A program made the translations under genes and the position numbers. Below the pieces are notes generated by a model. That model did not search any database, was not told the DNA's origin, and saw only the letters and a program-made list of their open reading frames with translations. A stretch of 64,000 bases of DNA from an uncultured Gemmatimonadales bacterium (lineage in GTDB: Bacteria > Gemmatimonadota > Gemmatimonadetes > Gemmatimonadales > GWC2-71-9): contig CAVYSW010000003.1 of the NCBI GenBank assembly GCA_963771275.1, positions 992,001-1,056,000 of the forward strand, in the 5' to 3' direction. Within the stretch, counting starts at the first letter, position 1; each line of letters starts with the position of its first letter. This document shows, one piece after another, positions 33,889 to 43,915 of the stretch.

Positions 33889-35249
33889 CGTCCATTCTCC
33901 TGTTCCGGTTGGCCGCCACGGCCGTGTTCGGCGTCGATCCAGGCCAGCGCCGCGTCGAGCGCGGGATCGCGGCCGGCGAGCAGGTCCGCCCGCCTGAGGG
34001 AGACCGGCTCGTCCGGTACCACCCCTCGTCCTTCCAAGTGTACCCCGGTCGCGGTCACGAATTCCGCGATCGCGTGATACAGCACATCGCCGTTCGGCAG
34101 CCGGTCGGTGATGGCGGGCAACACGCCGCCCACCGACGTCGCCCCGAACACCCGCGCGCGCCCGACGGCCTGCATGCCGCCGGCAAACACCTCGGACGCG
34201 CTACCGCTCGCCTCATCCACCAGAATCGCCACCGGCCCCGCGTAAGGCTGGACCCGCACCCCATCCGCCCGCACCAGCCGTGGGTTGGCGCGGATTTGGA
34301 GCGTGCTGCGGCGCGTCTGGAACGTGCCCAGCAGCGCGCGCTCGGTGAAGAAATGCCCCGCCACGCCGCTGATCATCCCGCCCACACCCCCACGGTTCCC
34401 GCGCAGGTCGATCACGATGCCGTCGAGCCCGCGGAACCGGTCCACGGCGTCGTCCAGCTGCCGGAGCAGGGGCGCCATCCAGAAATTGAACCACATCCAC
34501 CCCACCGCGCGGCCGGCGGGCGTCCGGACGGTCCGCTCGGCCGCGCGCGCGAAGAACGTGGGCAGGTTGCCGAACTTGACCGGCTCGCTCGGCTGGGAGC
34601 GTCGGGTCAGGTGGACCGACCGCCCCCGGTCGCTCGCGTCGCGCATGCCCAGCGCGCAGGGTGAGCCGACCGCGCCGTTCATGCGGCCCTGCGCCCAGCT
34701 CCACAGCAGGAACGCCGGCTTGAGCCGCGACACGCGCCCACGGAAGTAGGCCAGCATGGCCGCGACCGAGTCCTTGCCGATCGTGACCACGGCCCACCCC
34801 GGCCGGACCCCGGCGCTGTCCGCCGGCCCACCAGCCTCCACGGACGTCACGACGAGCGTGTCACCGATCAGCCGGACGTCGAGGCCCACGTCCCCGATGA
34901 CCACGCCTTCCGCCTCGTTCCGCGGGTCGAGCGTATCCACCATCTCCCGTGGAAACAGCGCGAAATGCGATTGTCCGAGCCGGCCCACCATGTCACCAAT
35001 CACGGCGCGCAGGGCCTCGGTGCTCGTCGCGGCAGCCGCCCGGGGGCGCAGCTCGTCGCGCAGGGCAAGCCAGTCGACCCCGTTGAACGTCGTGTCGAAA
35101 TGGGTCTCGTAGACGATCCGCCAGGCTCGGTCGAACGTCTCGATCCCGCGGGCGGAGTCGTACGGCGGCGCCACGGGCTGCGGCGCGGGCGCCGGGTGGG
35201 CACAGCCCAGCAGCCCGGCGACGAGAACGATCCCACGGTACATCCGCAC
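33885..35249 (-). CDS. S41-family (C-terminal processing) peptidase lipoprotein with PDZ domain
   Basis: Lipobox LLGC, PDZ (GGPADSAGVRPG), IDLRGNRGG, SGSASEVF, EGRGVVPD. Confidence 0.88.
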   Translation of the reverse strand: MRMYRGIVLVAGLLGCAHPAPAPQPVAPPYDSARGIETFDRAWRIVYETHFDTTFNGVDWLALRDELRPRAAAATSTEALRAVIGDMVGRLGQSHFALFPREMVDTLDPRNEAEGVVIGDVGLDVRLIGDTLVVTSVEAGGPADSAGVRPGWAVVTIGKDSVAAMLAYFRGRVSRLKPAFLLWSWAQGRMNGAVGSPCALGMRDASDRGRSVHLTRRSQPSEPVKFGNLPTFFARAAERTVRTPAGRAVGWMWFNFWMAPLLRQLDDAVDRFRGLDGIVIDLRGNRGGVGGMISGVAGHFFTERALLGTFQTRRSTLQIRANPRLVRADGVRVQPYAGPVAILVDEASGSASEVFAGGMQAVGRARVFGATSVGGVLPAITDRLPNGDVLYHAIAEFVTATGVHLEGRGVVPDEPVSLRRADLLAGRDPALDAALAWIDAEHGRGGQPEQENGR

Positions 35250-35250
35250 G

Positions 35251-37764
35251 CTACCCCCGGTCTCCGGTTCGCTTGGAATCTGACACGTCCTGGCCCGCGG
35301 GGCCACAGCCTCCAAGCTCCGCCACCAGCTCCCCCTCGGACCCCGCGGAGAGCAGGCGCGTGCGGCGCGTGGGATCGGACAGCAGCCGGGCGACGTCCGC
35401 GAGGACGGCCAGGTGCTCTTCAGGCTGGTCGGTGGGACTGAGCAGCAGGACGACCAGCCGGGCGGGCCGCTCGATCCCCGCGAACACGGTGCCGCCCTCG
35501 CTCCGGCCGATGAACAGCTGCGGGGCCTTGAGGAAGTCGAGCCGGGCATGAACGACGACGACACCCGGGGCGATCTCCAGGGCCACGCCGCGACGACTGT
35601 GGAGCAACGCGCGGAGGATGTCGCGGCGCCCTCCCCGCACGTCGGGATACTCGCGTTCCAGGAGGGCGTCGAGCGCCGCGTGCGCCGACCGCCCGGGCAG
35701 AGACGTCACAATCCGCGCGCGGGACAGCGCGCGCGGCAGCGCCGGCTCCTCCACCGTGTGGCCGGCGCGGTCGACCCGCTCCGGCGGGTAGAGCATCAGG
35801 AAACTCTCCGGTACCAGCCCGGCGAGCCGGGCGGGCAACCGTTCGAGGTCGGGCCGCCATGACACGGTTCCGCGCCGCGCGCTGACGACCGCGACGAGGT
35901 CTTCTGCGCGCAGCGCCTCGCGCAGCACGGCCAGCGCCTCCGGCCACGAGCGGGCGGCACGCGCCGTCAGCGGGACTGGCGGCTTGAGCGCCTGGACCTG
36001 CCGCACGAGCGCCTCGCCATCGCCCTCGACGACCACGAGCAGCACGTCCGCGCTCAGCCGCCGGCTCAGTCGCTTGATCGTAGTGAACGCCTCGCCGAAC
36101 CCGGGGTGGTGATTCGCCCCCCGGGGCACGAGCGTGACCAGCCGTCGCGTGGTGTTCAACGGGTGGCCGAGCTTCGCCACGATCACGTGCTGTGTGCTCT
36201 GCTCCAGTACCTGGTCGAGCACGCTGCCGAACACCCAGCGGCGCGACGCCCGGCCGTCCCAGCCGATCACGACGGTGGTTGCGCGGGTCTCCACCGCGCC
36301 GCGCGCGATTCCGGTCGCGAAGTTCTGGTCCAGGCGCGTTACGGCGCGCACCGGGATTCCGGCGCCCACGGCGTAGGCGACCGCCTTGGACAGCATCTGC
36401 TCGGCCTCCGCGACGTACTCGGCCGAGGCGTTCTCCTCCGGCACGACCGTCAGCACGCGGATCGGCTCGCTCGAGCGCTCCTCCTGCAGCAGCAGCGCCA
36501 GGTCGAGCAGGGCCGGCGCCGTGCGGGGGTTCGCCATCGGCACGAGGAGGCGCGGCGGCCCCTCGGCTGACCGCACGGCGGGCTCGTGCTCTTCGCGCAG
36601 CGCCAGCACGCGCCCGTGCCGCTCGACGAGCCACGGCCCGAGGAAGCAGGTCGCCATCATCAGCGCGACGGCGCCGTGCTCGACCACCTGGTCGAGCAGC
36701 CCCAGCTTGAGCCCCACGAGGGCGATCGCCAGCGTGGCGGACGCGCGGGAAACCGACAGGCCGAACACCGTCCCGCGCTCCTCCCGCGCATGGCGGAACA
36801 GGCGTCCCGCCACGGCGGCCGCCAGCCACTTGCCGGCGATGCCGGCGACGAGCAGGCCCGCGATGACGAGCCACGCGCGCCCGCCGCCCGCCAGCACGCG
36901 GACGTCGACCAGCATGCCGACCCACAGCAGGAAGAACGGAATGAGGAATGCTTCGCCGACGAAATGCACGCGGTTGTTGAGCAGGCTGCCCGCCGGGATC
37001 AGGCGGTTGAGCGCCAGACCGGCGAGAAACGCGCCGACGATCGGCTCGACGCCGGCCAGATCCGCCAGCACGGCCGCCGTGAACAGCGCCGCCATGACGA
37101 ACACGAATGGCGCCGCGGCGCCCGTCGTCTCGCGCCGGAAGTACCAGCGGGCGAGGCGCGGCAGGCCGAGGAGGATTGCGCCGGCCAGCACGGCGAGCGA
37201 CACCACCAGCCGCACCCAGAACAGCGTGTCCAGCCCGCCGCTGCTGGCGGCGGCGACCACGGCGAGGACCAGCAGGGCGGCGGTATCGGCGATCATCGTG
37301 CCGCCCACCGCCGTGATGACGGCCGGGCTGCGCCCGATGTCCATGCTGAGCGCGAGAGGGTATGCGAGCAGCGTGTGCGAGGCGAGCATCGCGCCGATCA
37401 GCCACGCGCTCGCCGTCCCGAAGCCGAGCAGCCGCCCCAGCAGGAGGCCGAGGAGCAGCGGGATGGCGAACGACAGCGCGCCGAACACCACGCTCTCCGT
37501 GCGATGGCGCCGGAACCCGTGGAGATCGATCTCGACGCCGGCGAGGAACATCAGGTAGAGGAGCCCGACCGTTCCCAGCAGCACGATCGTGGCGTCGCGG
37601 TCCAGCAGGTGGAGGCCGTGGGGACCGACGATTGCGCCCGCGGCGATGATGCCGATGATGCCGGGGACCGCATAGCGCCGCATGATCAGCGGCGCCACGA
37701 GGAAGATCCCCATCGCCACGGCAAAGACCACCACCGGGTTGGTGAGGGGGAGGCGCAGATGCAC
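35251..37764 (-). CDS. Cation:proton antiporter (CPA2) fused to USP-like and PTS EIIA-like domains
   Basis: About 12 TM helices with GLLYLMFLAGVEID, SHTL, EPIVGAFLAG; USP LLVPMANP...FGSVLDQVL; C-terminal PGVVVVHAR...LVVLLLSP...HLAVLA. Confidence 0.88.
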   Translation of the reverse strand: MHLRLPLTNPVVVFAVAMGIFLVAPLIMRRYAVPGIIGIIAAGAIVGPHGLHLLDRDATIVLLGTVGLLYLMFLAGVEIDLHGFRRHRTESVVFGALSFAIPLLLGLLLGRLLGFGTASAWLIGAMLASHTLLAYPLALSMDIGRSPAVITAVGGTMIADTAALLVLAVVAAASSGGLDTLFWVRLVVSLAVLAGAILLGLPRLARWYFRRETTGAAAPFVFVMAALFTAAVLADLAGVEPIVGAFLAGLALNRLIPAGSLLNNRVHFVGEAFLIPFFLLWVGMLVDVRVLAGGGRAWLVIAGLLVAGIAGKWLAAAVAGRLFRHAREERGTVFGLSVSRASATLAIALVGLKLGLLDQVVEHGAVALMMATCFLGPWLVERHGRVLALREEHEPAVRSAEGPPRLLVPMANPRTAPALLDLALLLQEERSSEPIRVLTVVPEENASAEYVAEAEQMLSKAVAYAVGAGIPVRAVTRLDQNFATGIARGAVETRATTVVIGWDGRASRRWVFGSVLDQVLEQSTQHVIVAKLGHPLNTTRRLVTLVPRGANHHPGFGEAFTTIKRLSRRLSADVLLVVVEGDGEALVRQVQALKPPVPLTARAARSWPEALAVLREALRAEDLVAVVSARRGTVSWRPDLERLPARLAGLVPESFLMLYPPERVDRAGHTVEEPALPRALSRARIVTSLPGRSAHAALDALLEREYPDVRGGRRDILRALLHSRRGVALEIAPGVVVVHARLDFLKAPQLFIGRSEGGTVFAGIERPARLVVLLLSPTDQPEEHLAVLADVARLLSDPTRRTRLLSAGSEGELVAELGGCGPAGQDVSDSKRTGDRG

Positions 37765-37766
37765 CG

Positions 37767-39329
37767 CTAGAACTCGTACGCCTGGCCGAAGCTCACCACC
37801 CAGCGGCGTCCGGTAACGCCGTCGCCGAACTGGTAGGCCAGGTCGAGCCGGCCGACGTTGGGCCCGGTCGCCCGGGTGGCGCCGATGCGCAGCCCAATCC
37901 CCACATCGCCACCGAACCGCGGGTCCTCATCGGCGTACCAGGCGCCGCCGTAGTCGGCGAACCCCGCGAAGCCCAGGCCGAGCAGGCCGAGCAGGTCGTC
38001 GAGCACGAACACGCGATGCTCCGCGATGCCCCACACCGCGCGCGTGCCGGTGAACGCGTGCGGCTTGAAGGCGCGGGGCCCGAGGCCGTGTCCCAGATCG
38101 AACTCGCTCCCGGGATAGGGGTTCTTCTGCAGGCCCGCCTCCACGTGGAGCACCGTCGCCTGCCGCGGGATCATCCGCGACGCGAGCGTGATGCCGGCGT
38201 TCACCCGCCCCGAATCGAGGCCCGCCGAGGTCAGCAGGCCGTCGACCTGCACCCGGAGCCGCACGAAGGCGCTTGGGGTGCCCGCGCCGGTCTGCGCGTC
38301 CAGCGCGCCCCCGATTCCCGTGCGCGCGTAGCCGAACGCCGTAGGCGCCAGCAGCACCGTCATCAGCGCCCGGGTGCTCAAGTCGAAGTCCTCCTCCCGC
38401 GCGAACCCGTTGTAGTGCGTCACTTCGACGAAGCGCGGCCGCTGCGCCTCGAGCTGGAGCCCGACGACCCCCGTGATCGAGTCGGGGACCGTGAGACCCG
38501 TGTCCCGGACCGCCACGATCGCGTCGCGGCGCACGTGCCCGTACAGGCCCACCCGCACGTATCCGCCGGGGCCCGCCACCGGCGCCCAGCCGACCCAGGC
38601 CCGCTGCACCAGGCCGCGGCGCCACAGCGTGTCGCTCTCCACACCGTCCCGGAACAGCAGGATCCGCTGGTCGGCCGCGTCACCCGGCAGCCCGCCTCCC
38701 ACCCGGTCGCCGAACGCGCGGAACGGCACCTCCGGGGCCCACGCCCCCGCGCGGCCGTCGGACAGGTCGTCGTAGAAGCCGGCCACGACCGCCCGGCTGC
38801 CGAGCGCCCGGTTGAGCTGCCCGCGAAACCGCCACGCGCTGCGATCGGTCTCCTTGCGATAGCTCGCGCCCACGAGGTTCCCGGTCCCGAGCACGTTGCG
38901 CTCCGTGAGTCCGGCCGACCAGGTCACCACGTTGCCCGTGAAGCTCAGGGCGGTCTCGAGCGTCGTGGTCCAGCCGTCGTAGGTCACGATCCGGGCCACG
39001 AGCTTCCCGTCCACGCGGGTGGTGTCGATCACGACGCGCCGGAACAGGCCCAGACGCCGGAGGTTCCGCTCGGTCTCGGCCATGAGCCGCGGGTCGAGCG
39101 GCGAACCGGGGTGGAACAGGACTTCGCGCCGCACCACCCACGACTGGGTCTTCACGTGCAGCGAGTTCATCAGGCCGAACAGGAAGCTCCCCCGCGCTTC
39201 GGTCGAATCGACCATGTCGTGGGTCTCGATCGCGACGGAGTCGATCAGCGGGGGCGCCTGCGCGCGGAGGGCGGGCGGGCCGGCGGCGACGAGTGCGGCG
39301 GCGGCAATCACGAGAAGGCGACGTGTCAC
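37767..39329 (-). CDS. Omp85-superfamily outer membrane protein with POTRA domain
   Basis: Signal peptide, VVRREVLF...ETERNLRRLGLF POTRA, ERNVLGTG, GPRAF, C-terminal GQAYEF. Confidence 0.8.
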   Translation of the reverse strand: MTRRLLVIAAAALVAAGPPALRAQAPPLIDSVAIETHDMVDSTEARGSFLFGLMNSLHVKTQSWVVRREVLFHPGSPLDPRLMAETERNLRRLGLFRRVVIDTTRVDGKLVARIVTYDGWTTTLETALSFTGNVVTWSAGLTERNVLGTGNLVGASYRKETDRSAWRFRGQLNRALGSRAVVAGFYDDLSDGRAGAWAPEVPFRAFGDRVGGGLPGDAADQRILLFRDGVESDTLWRRGLVQRAWVGWAPVAGPGGYVRVGLYGHVRRDAIVAVRDTGLTVPDSITGVVGLQLEAQRPRFVEVTHYNGFAREEDFDLSTRALMTVLLAPTAFGYARTGIGGALDAQTGAGTPSAFVRLRVQVDGLLTSAGLDSGRVNAGITLASRMIPRQATVLHVEAGLQKNPYPGSEFDLGHGLGPRAFKPHAFTGTRAVWGIAEHRVFVLDDLLGLLGLGFAGFADYGGAWYADEDPRFGGDVGIGLRIGATRATGPNVGRLDLAYQFGDGVTGRRWVVSFGQAYEF

Positions 39330-39409
39330 GGCGGAAACGTAAGCGGGGAGGACCGGCGAACGGAACGACGCCGGGCCTCCCCGCCCAACACCCTGCCAGC
39401 TGCGGTCGG

Positions 39410-40807
39410 CTAGTACTTCCCCAGGTACCGGTCGATCTCCCACTGATGCACCTGCGCCGAGTACTCCAGCCACTCCTGACGCTTCGCCTCGACGAACCGC
39501 TCGACGATATGATCGCCCAGCGCGTCGCGCACCAGCCGGCTCTTCTCCATCACGTCGAGCGCCTCGTGCAGGTCGCGCGGCAGCTCGGTGATCTTGTAGC
39601 GCCGCTTCTCCCGCTCGCTCATCGTGAAGATGTTCTTGTTCACCGGGGCCGGGGGCGTGAGCTTGCGCTCGATCCCGTCGAGACCGGCGGCCAGCATCAC
39701 GCCGAGCGCCAGGTACGGGTTGGCCGACGGATCGGGCATGCGCAGCTCGCACCGGGTGCCGTGGCCGCGTCGCTCGGGAATCCGGATCAGCGGCGAGCGG
39801 TTGCGCATGCTCCAGGCGACGTTGGTCGGCGCCTCGTAGCCGGGCACCAGCCGCTTGTAGCTGTTGACCAGCGGGTTCGTGATCGCGCAGAACGCGCGCG
39901 CATGCTCGAGCAGCCCGGCGATGTAGCTCAGCCCGACCTTCGAGATCTGCCACTCCGCCTTCTCGTCGTAGAACGCGTTGTGCGACCCTTTGAACAGCGA
40001 CTGGTGGGTGTGCATCCCCGAGCCGTTCTGTCCGAAGATCGGCTTCGGCATGAACGTCGCCAGGAAGCCGTTGCGGTGCGCCACGTTGCGCACGACGTGC
40101 CGGAAGGTCGCGATGTTGTCCGCCGTCTCCAGCGCGTCGGCGTAGCGGAAATCGATCTCGTGTTGCCCGACGGCGACTTCGTGGTGCCCCGCCTCGACCT
40201 CGAACCCCATGTGCACCAGGTCCTCGATGATCAGGCGCCGGATCGGCTCGGCCTTGTCGACCGGGGCAAGATCGAAGTAGCCGCCCGTGTCGTGGGTCTT
40301 GAGGGTCGCGTTGCCCTCCGGGTCGAGATGGAAGATGAAGAACTCCGCCTCGCAGCCCGCCATCATCTGGAAGCCGAGCTTCTTCGCCCGCTCGATCGTG
40401 CGCCGGAGCGTAGTGCGGGGGCAGCCCGGGAATACCGATCCGTCGGGCAGCAGGATGTCGCAGATCAGGCGCCCCACCCGTCCGCCGTCATCTTCGTACG
40501 CGTGGATCTTGAACGTGCCGAGGTCCGGACGGAGCAGCATGTCGCTCTCCTCGATCCGCACGAACCCTTCGATCGACGAGCCGTCGAACATCACCTCCCC
40601 CGACACGGCCTTCTCGAACTGCGAGCGCGGCACCTCGACGTTCTTGTTGACGCCGGTGATGTCGGTGAACTGGAGGCGGAGGAAGTCTACCTGCAAGTCC
40701 TTGCAGAGCTTCAGGATGTCGGCCTTACCGGCACTCTTCGTATCGATCACCAGGCCGCGCAGCGGCGGCTTCTCCGTTGAGGCTGTACCACGGGGTTTCG
40801 GGGGCAC
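39410..40807 (-). CDS. glnA: Type I glutamine synthetase
   Basis: FDGSSIEG, HHEVAVGQHEI, ATFMPKP, NGSGMHTHQS, NSYKRLVPGYEAP, ELRMPDPSANPYL. Confidence 0.96.
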   Translation of the reverse strand: MPPKPRGTASTEKPPLRGLVIDTKSAGKADILKLCKDLQVDFLRLQFTDITGVNKNVEVPRSQFEKAVSGEVMFDGSSIEGFVRIEESDMLLRPDLGTFKIHAYEDDGGRVGRLICDILLPDGSVFPGCPRTTLRRTIERAKKLGFQMMAGCEAEFFIFHLDPEGNATLKTHDTGGYFDLAPVDKAEPIRRLIIEDLVHMGFEVEAGHHEVAVGQHEIDFRYADALETADNIATFRHVVRNVAHRNGFLATFMPKPIFGQNGSGMHTHQSLFKGSHNAFYDEKAEWQISKVGLSYIAGLLEHARAFCAITNPLVNSYKRLVPGYEAPTNVAWSMRNRSPLIRIPERRGHGTRCELRMPDPSANPYLALGVMLAAGLDGIERKLTPPAPVNKNIFTMSEREKRRYKITELPRDLHEALDVMEKSRLVRDALGDHIVERFVEAKRQEWLEYSAQVHQWEIDRYLGKY

Positions 40808-40849
40808 GGCACCGCTCCTGTGGGGATGGGGGGCAGATTGGGAAGCGGG

Positions 40850-40878
40850 AAGCTACCTGGGAGGAGCACCGGCGTCAA
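40850..40878 (-). promoter_or_regulatory. sigma70-type promoter of glnA
   Basis: Minus strand TTGACG-17 nt-TAGCTT. Confidence 0.6.
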
Positions 40879-41051
40879 GCGAAAACCACCGTCCGCGCAC
40901 AATTCCTACGACATTGTGCAGGATTCTCCTTGATTTCGTCGAGAATGATCAGGCAAATCTGCACATGCGGCAGATTCTTGGCCGCACTAGCAGCGGCGGC
41001 TGGATCCGGCGAGCACCACGGCTTGGCGCGACGCGATCGGGCGGTGGGCGA

Positions 41052-41339
41052 TCAGCTGAGCGAGTCGAGCAGGTTCCAGAGCTCCTGCGGTGAGAACTCG
41101 GCGAAGCGCGTTTCGATGTCCTTGGCCGACCACTCGAGGAAGATCCAGCCGGAAATGCGGTGGGTGTGTCCGGACACGAAGTGGATCCGGCCGCGCAGGC
41201 CGCCGATCTCGTCGTCGCGGGCGAACTCGATCAGCACGTCCCAGCGACTGTCGCCCCGCAGCAGCTCGCCCAGCTGCCGAGCCTGGATTTGGCTCAGCGG
41301 AGGATCGAAGCGCTTGCTCGTGCGGGGCTCGCCGCTCAT
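41052..41339 (-). CDS. Small hypothetical protein
   Basis: 95-aa ORF with coding-like composition in an otherwise empty gap. Confidence 0.65.
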   Translation of the reverse strand: MSGEPRTSKRFDPPLSQIQARQLGELLRGDSRWDVLIEFARDDEIGGLRGRIHFVSGHTHRISGWIFLEWSAKDIETRFAEFSPQELWNLLDSLS

Positions 41340-41451
41340 GGCGGCAACGTTAACGCCACCGCCACCCCACCGCCACTCGGTCCCGGCAATCTCTTGCCCC
41401 GGTTACATTTCCACTTCCCAACGGCCACCAGTCTGTCGGCGGAGCTTGCTC

Positions 41452-42210
41452 ATGAAGTGCCCCAATTGCGGCGCCAACGCGACCGGGAAGTTCTGCGCAT
41501 CATGCGGCGCCACCCTGAAGCCATTGAGCTGCGCGCGGTGCAGCGCGCCGCTCAACCCCGGCGCCAAGTTCTGCCCCACGTGCGGAGCCCCGGCGCACGG
41601 CGGGCCCGCCGGGCCCGTGGGCCGGGCGGCGAGTCCCGTGCCGTGGCTGGTCGCCGGCGGAGCGGTGATCACCCTACTGGTCGTGCTGACCATCACGCAG
41701 CTCAAGCCGGGCAGTAATCCCACGTCGCAGGCTCCGCCGGTTCCGGCGGCGGGCATGGGCGGCCCGGTGGACCTGAGCCAGATGACGCCGCGTGACGCCG
41801 CGGACCGCCTGTTCAACCGCGTGATGACGGCCTACGAGAACGGCGCGAAGGACACCGCCCAGTTCTTTGCCCCCATGGCACTCCAGGCGTACGGCATGGT
41901 GGAGTCGCTCGACGCGGACGCCCGCTACCACGTGGGCCTGCTCGACATGGTGAGCGACAACTACGACGGTGCGCTCGCCCAGGCCGACACGATCGCCCGG
42001 ACCGTGCCCGGCCACCTGTACGCGGCGGTGCTGCAGGCCGAAGCGGCTCGGGCCCGCGGCGATTCGACTGCCCTGCGCCGGGCCCAGCGCGCGTTCCTCG
42101 ACCATTATGACGCCGAAACCAAGGCGAACCGGCCGGAGTACGCCGAGCATCCGGGTCTGTTGGAGCGGTTCCGGACCGAAGCCCAGCAGGCCCTGGGCAA
42201 GACCCCGTAG
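41452..42210 (+). CDS. Double zinc-ribbon membrane protein with helical C-terminal domain
   Basis: CPNC, CASC, CARC, CPTC; one TM helix. Confidence 0.8.
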   Translation: MKCPNCGANATGKFCASCGATLKPLSCARCSAPLNPGAKFCPTCGAPAHGGPAGPVGRAASPVPWLVAGGAVITLLVVLTITQLKPGSNPTSQAPPVPAAGMGGPVDLSQMTPRDAADRLFNRVMTAYENGAKDTAQFFAPMALQAYGMVESLDADARYHVGLLDMVSDNYDGALAQADTIARTVPGHLYAAVLQAEAARARGDSTALRRAQRAFLDHYDAETKANRPEYAEHPGLLERFRTEAQQALGKTP

Positions 42211-42296
42211 CCGGCTCGGGTTGCAGGCCGGCCGATGCCGATTATCGTATCCATGCCCCGTCGCGCGGCGCATCCGTTGGAAGGAGCGCATCCGCA

Positions 42297-43373
42297 GTGA
42301 CCGCGACCCCGTCATCTGAGGCGATCAGCGCGCTCGTCGTCGACGACGAGGAGTCCCTCCGCAATGCGCTCGGTCAGTACCTGCGCTACCGCGGGTACCG
42401 CGTGCTGCTCGCCGATTCCGGGGCGGCGGCGCTGAAGCACCTACGCGAGGGGGGCGTGGACCTCATGCTGCTCGACGTTCGCATGCCCGGCATGAGCGGC
42501 GCCGATGTGGTCCCCGAGGCGCTCGACATCGACCCCGAGCTCGCGATCCTCATGCTCACGGCGGTGACCGACGCCACGACCGCGGCCCTCTGCATGCAGC
42601 GCGGGGCGTACGATTACCTCACGAAACCGATCGAGCTGAACGACCTCGGCGCCGCCATCGATCGTGCCCTGCGCCGCCGGGACACGCAGATCCAGAACCG
42701 CAACATCTCGGCGTGGCTCAAGGAGGAGGTCGCGCGTCAGACCGAGGAGCTGAGGGCGAACCAGCAGCGCCTCCAGCGCCTCACGACCGCGACGCTCGAG
42801 GCGCTGATCAACGCGCTCGAGTCCAAGAGCGAGTACCTCTCGGGCCATTCGGCGCGGGTCGCGGCGTACAGCGCCAACATCGCGCAGGAGATGGCGCTGC
42901 CCGATGAGGACGTCGAGCTGATCCGCGTGGCCGGCCGCCTCCACGACCTCGGCAAGATCGGCATCCGGGAAGAGCTGCTCCAGAAGCGCGGCCCCCTCAC
43001 CCCGGAGGAATTCCAGCACGTCACGCAGCACGTGACGATCGGCGCGCAGATTCTGGCGCCGCTGACGCATCTCGGGAAGGCCGTCGAGTACGTGCGCAGC
43101 CACCATGAGCATTGGGACGGGAGCGGCTACCCCGACGGGCTGCGCGCCGAGCGGATCCCGCTGGGCGGCCGGATCATCTGCGCGGCCGAGATCTACGACG
43201 CGCTCACGGCCCCGCGCCCTTACCAGGAGCGCCTCACCCCCGAGCAGGCCGTGGAGCGGATGCGCAAGCTGACCGGCTCGGTGCTGGATCCCACGGTGAT
43301 GGAGGCCTTCGCGGCATCGGTCGGCCGCCGCCAGACCCTGGTTTTTCTCGCCGAGGATCAGCTGGGCGCCTGA
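42297..43373 (+). CDS. Response regulator with HD-GYP domain (paralog of 21695..22819)
   Basis: LVVDDE, LLDVRMPG, GHSARV, LHDLGKIG, HHEHWDGSGYP. Confidence 0.9.
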   Translation: MTATPSSEAISALVVDDEESLRNALGQYLRYRGYRVLLADSGAAALKHLREGGVDLMLLDVRMPGMSGADVVPEALDIDPELAILMLTAVTDATTAALCMQRGAYDYLTKPIELNDLGAAIDRALRRRDTQIQNRNISAWLKEEVARQTEELRANQQRLQRLTTATLEALINALESKSEYLSGHSARVAAYSANIAQEMALPDEDVELIRVAGRLHDLGKIGIREELLQKRGPLTPEEFQHVTQHVTIGAQILAPLTHLGKAVEYVRSHHEHWDGSGYPDGLRAERIPLGGRIICAAEIYDALTAPRPYQERLTPEQAVERMRKLTGSVLDPTVMEAFAASVGRRQTLVFLAEDQLGA

Positions 43374-43377
43374 CCAG

Positions 43378-43803
43378 CTAGCGCCGCCGCATCCGTCCCA
43401 AGCGAGAGGTCGTGAGCGTGTCCGCCGCCGTGCCACGCCGGAATATCAGCGTGGTGTTGGCCACCCCCCAACCGATGCCGTTCGGCGCGATCTCGATCAC
43501 GGGCCGGGTGACCGCCAGCGCCACGCCGAGCCGTGACGGCCCCGGCCGCACGAGAAACGTCGAGTCCGTGAGCCCTTCGTACACGGCCCTGAGCGTATCG
43601 GGGCCGAACTCCAGGCGGACGCGCGTGGCGCGGAGGATCGCGGCGTAGCGCGCCGTATGGTAGAACGACATCACTTCCCAGCTGGCCTCCCGCACCGCCG
43701 CCGACTCCCGCCAGCGCGCCAACGGTGGGACGGCGATGGCCAGCAGGGTGCCCGTGACACCGAGCACCACGACCAGTTCGAGCAGCGAGAACCCGCGACG
43801 CAT
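43378..43803 (-). CDS. Type IV minor pilin/pseudopilin (FimT/GspH-like)
   Basis: Prepilin motif MRRG-FSLLELVVVL, hydrophobic helix, ARYAAI, C-terminal SRLGR. Confidence 0.85.
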   Translation of the reverse strand: MRRGFSLLELVVVLGVTGTLLAIAVPPLARWRESAAVREASWEVMSFYHTARYAAILRATRVRLEFGPDTLRAVYEGLTDSTFLVRPGPSRLGVALAVTRPVIEIAPNGIGWGVANTTLIFRRGTAADTLTTSRLGRMRRR

Positions 43804-43915
43804 GGACCGACGGTAGCGCCCGCCTGCCCTTCGTCCCGCACCGAAATCCCGCCGGGCGGCGCACCCTGCCGCAGCGGCGCTTGCCCCTCCGCGGGCCCGC
43901 GGGCATACTCTGCGC

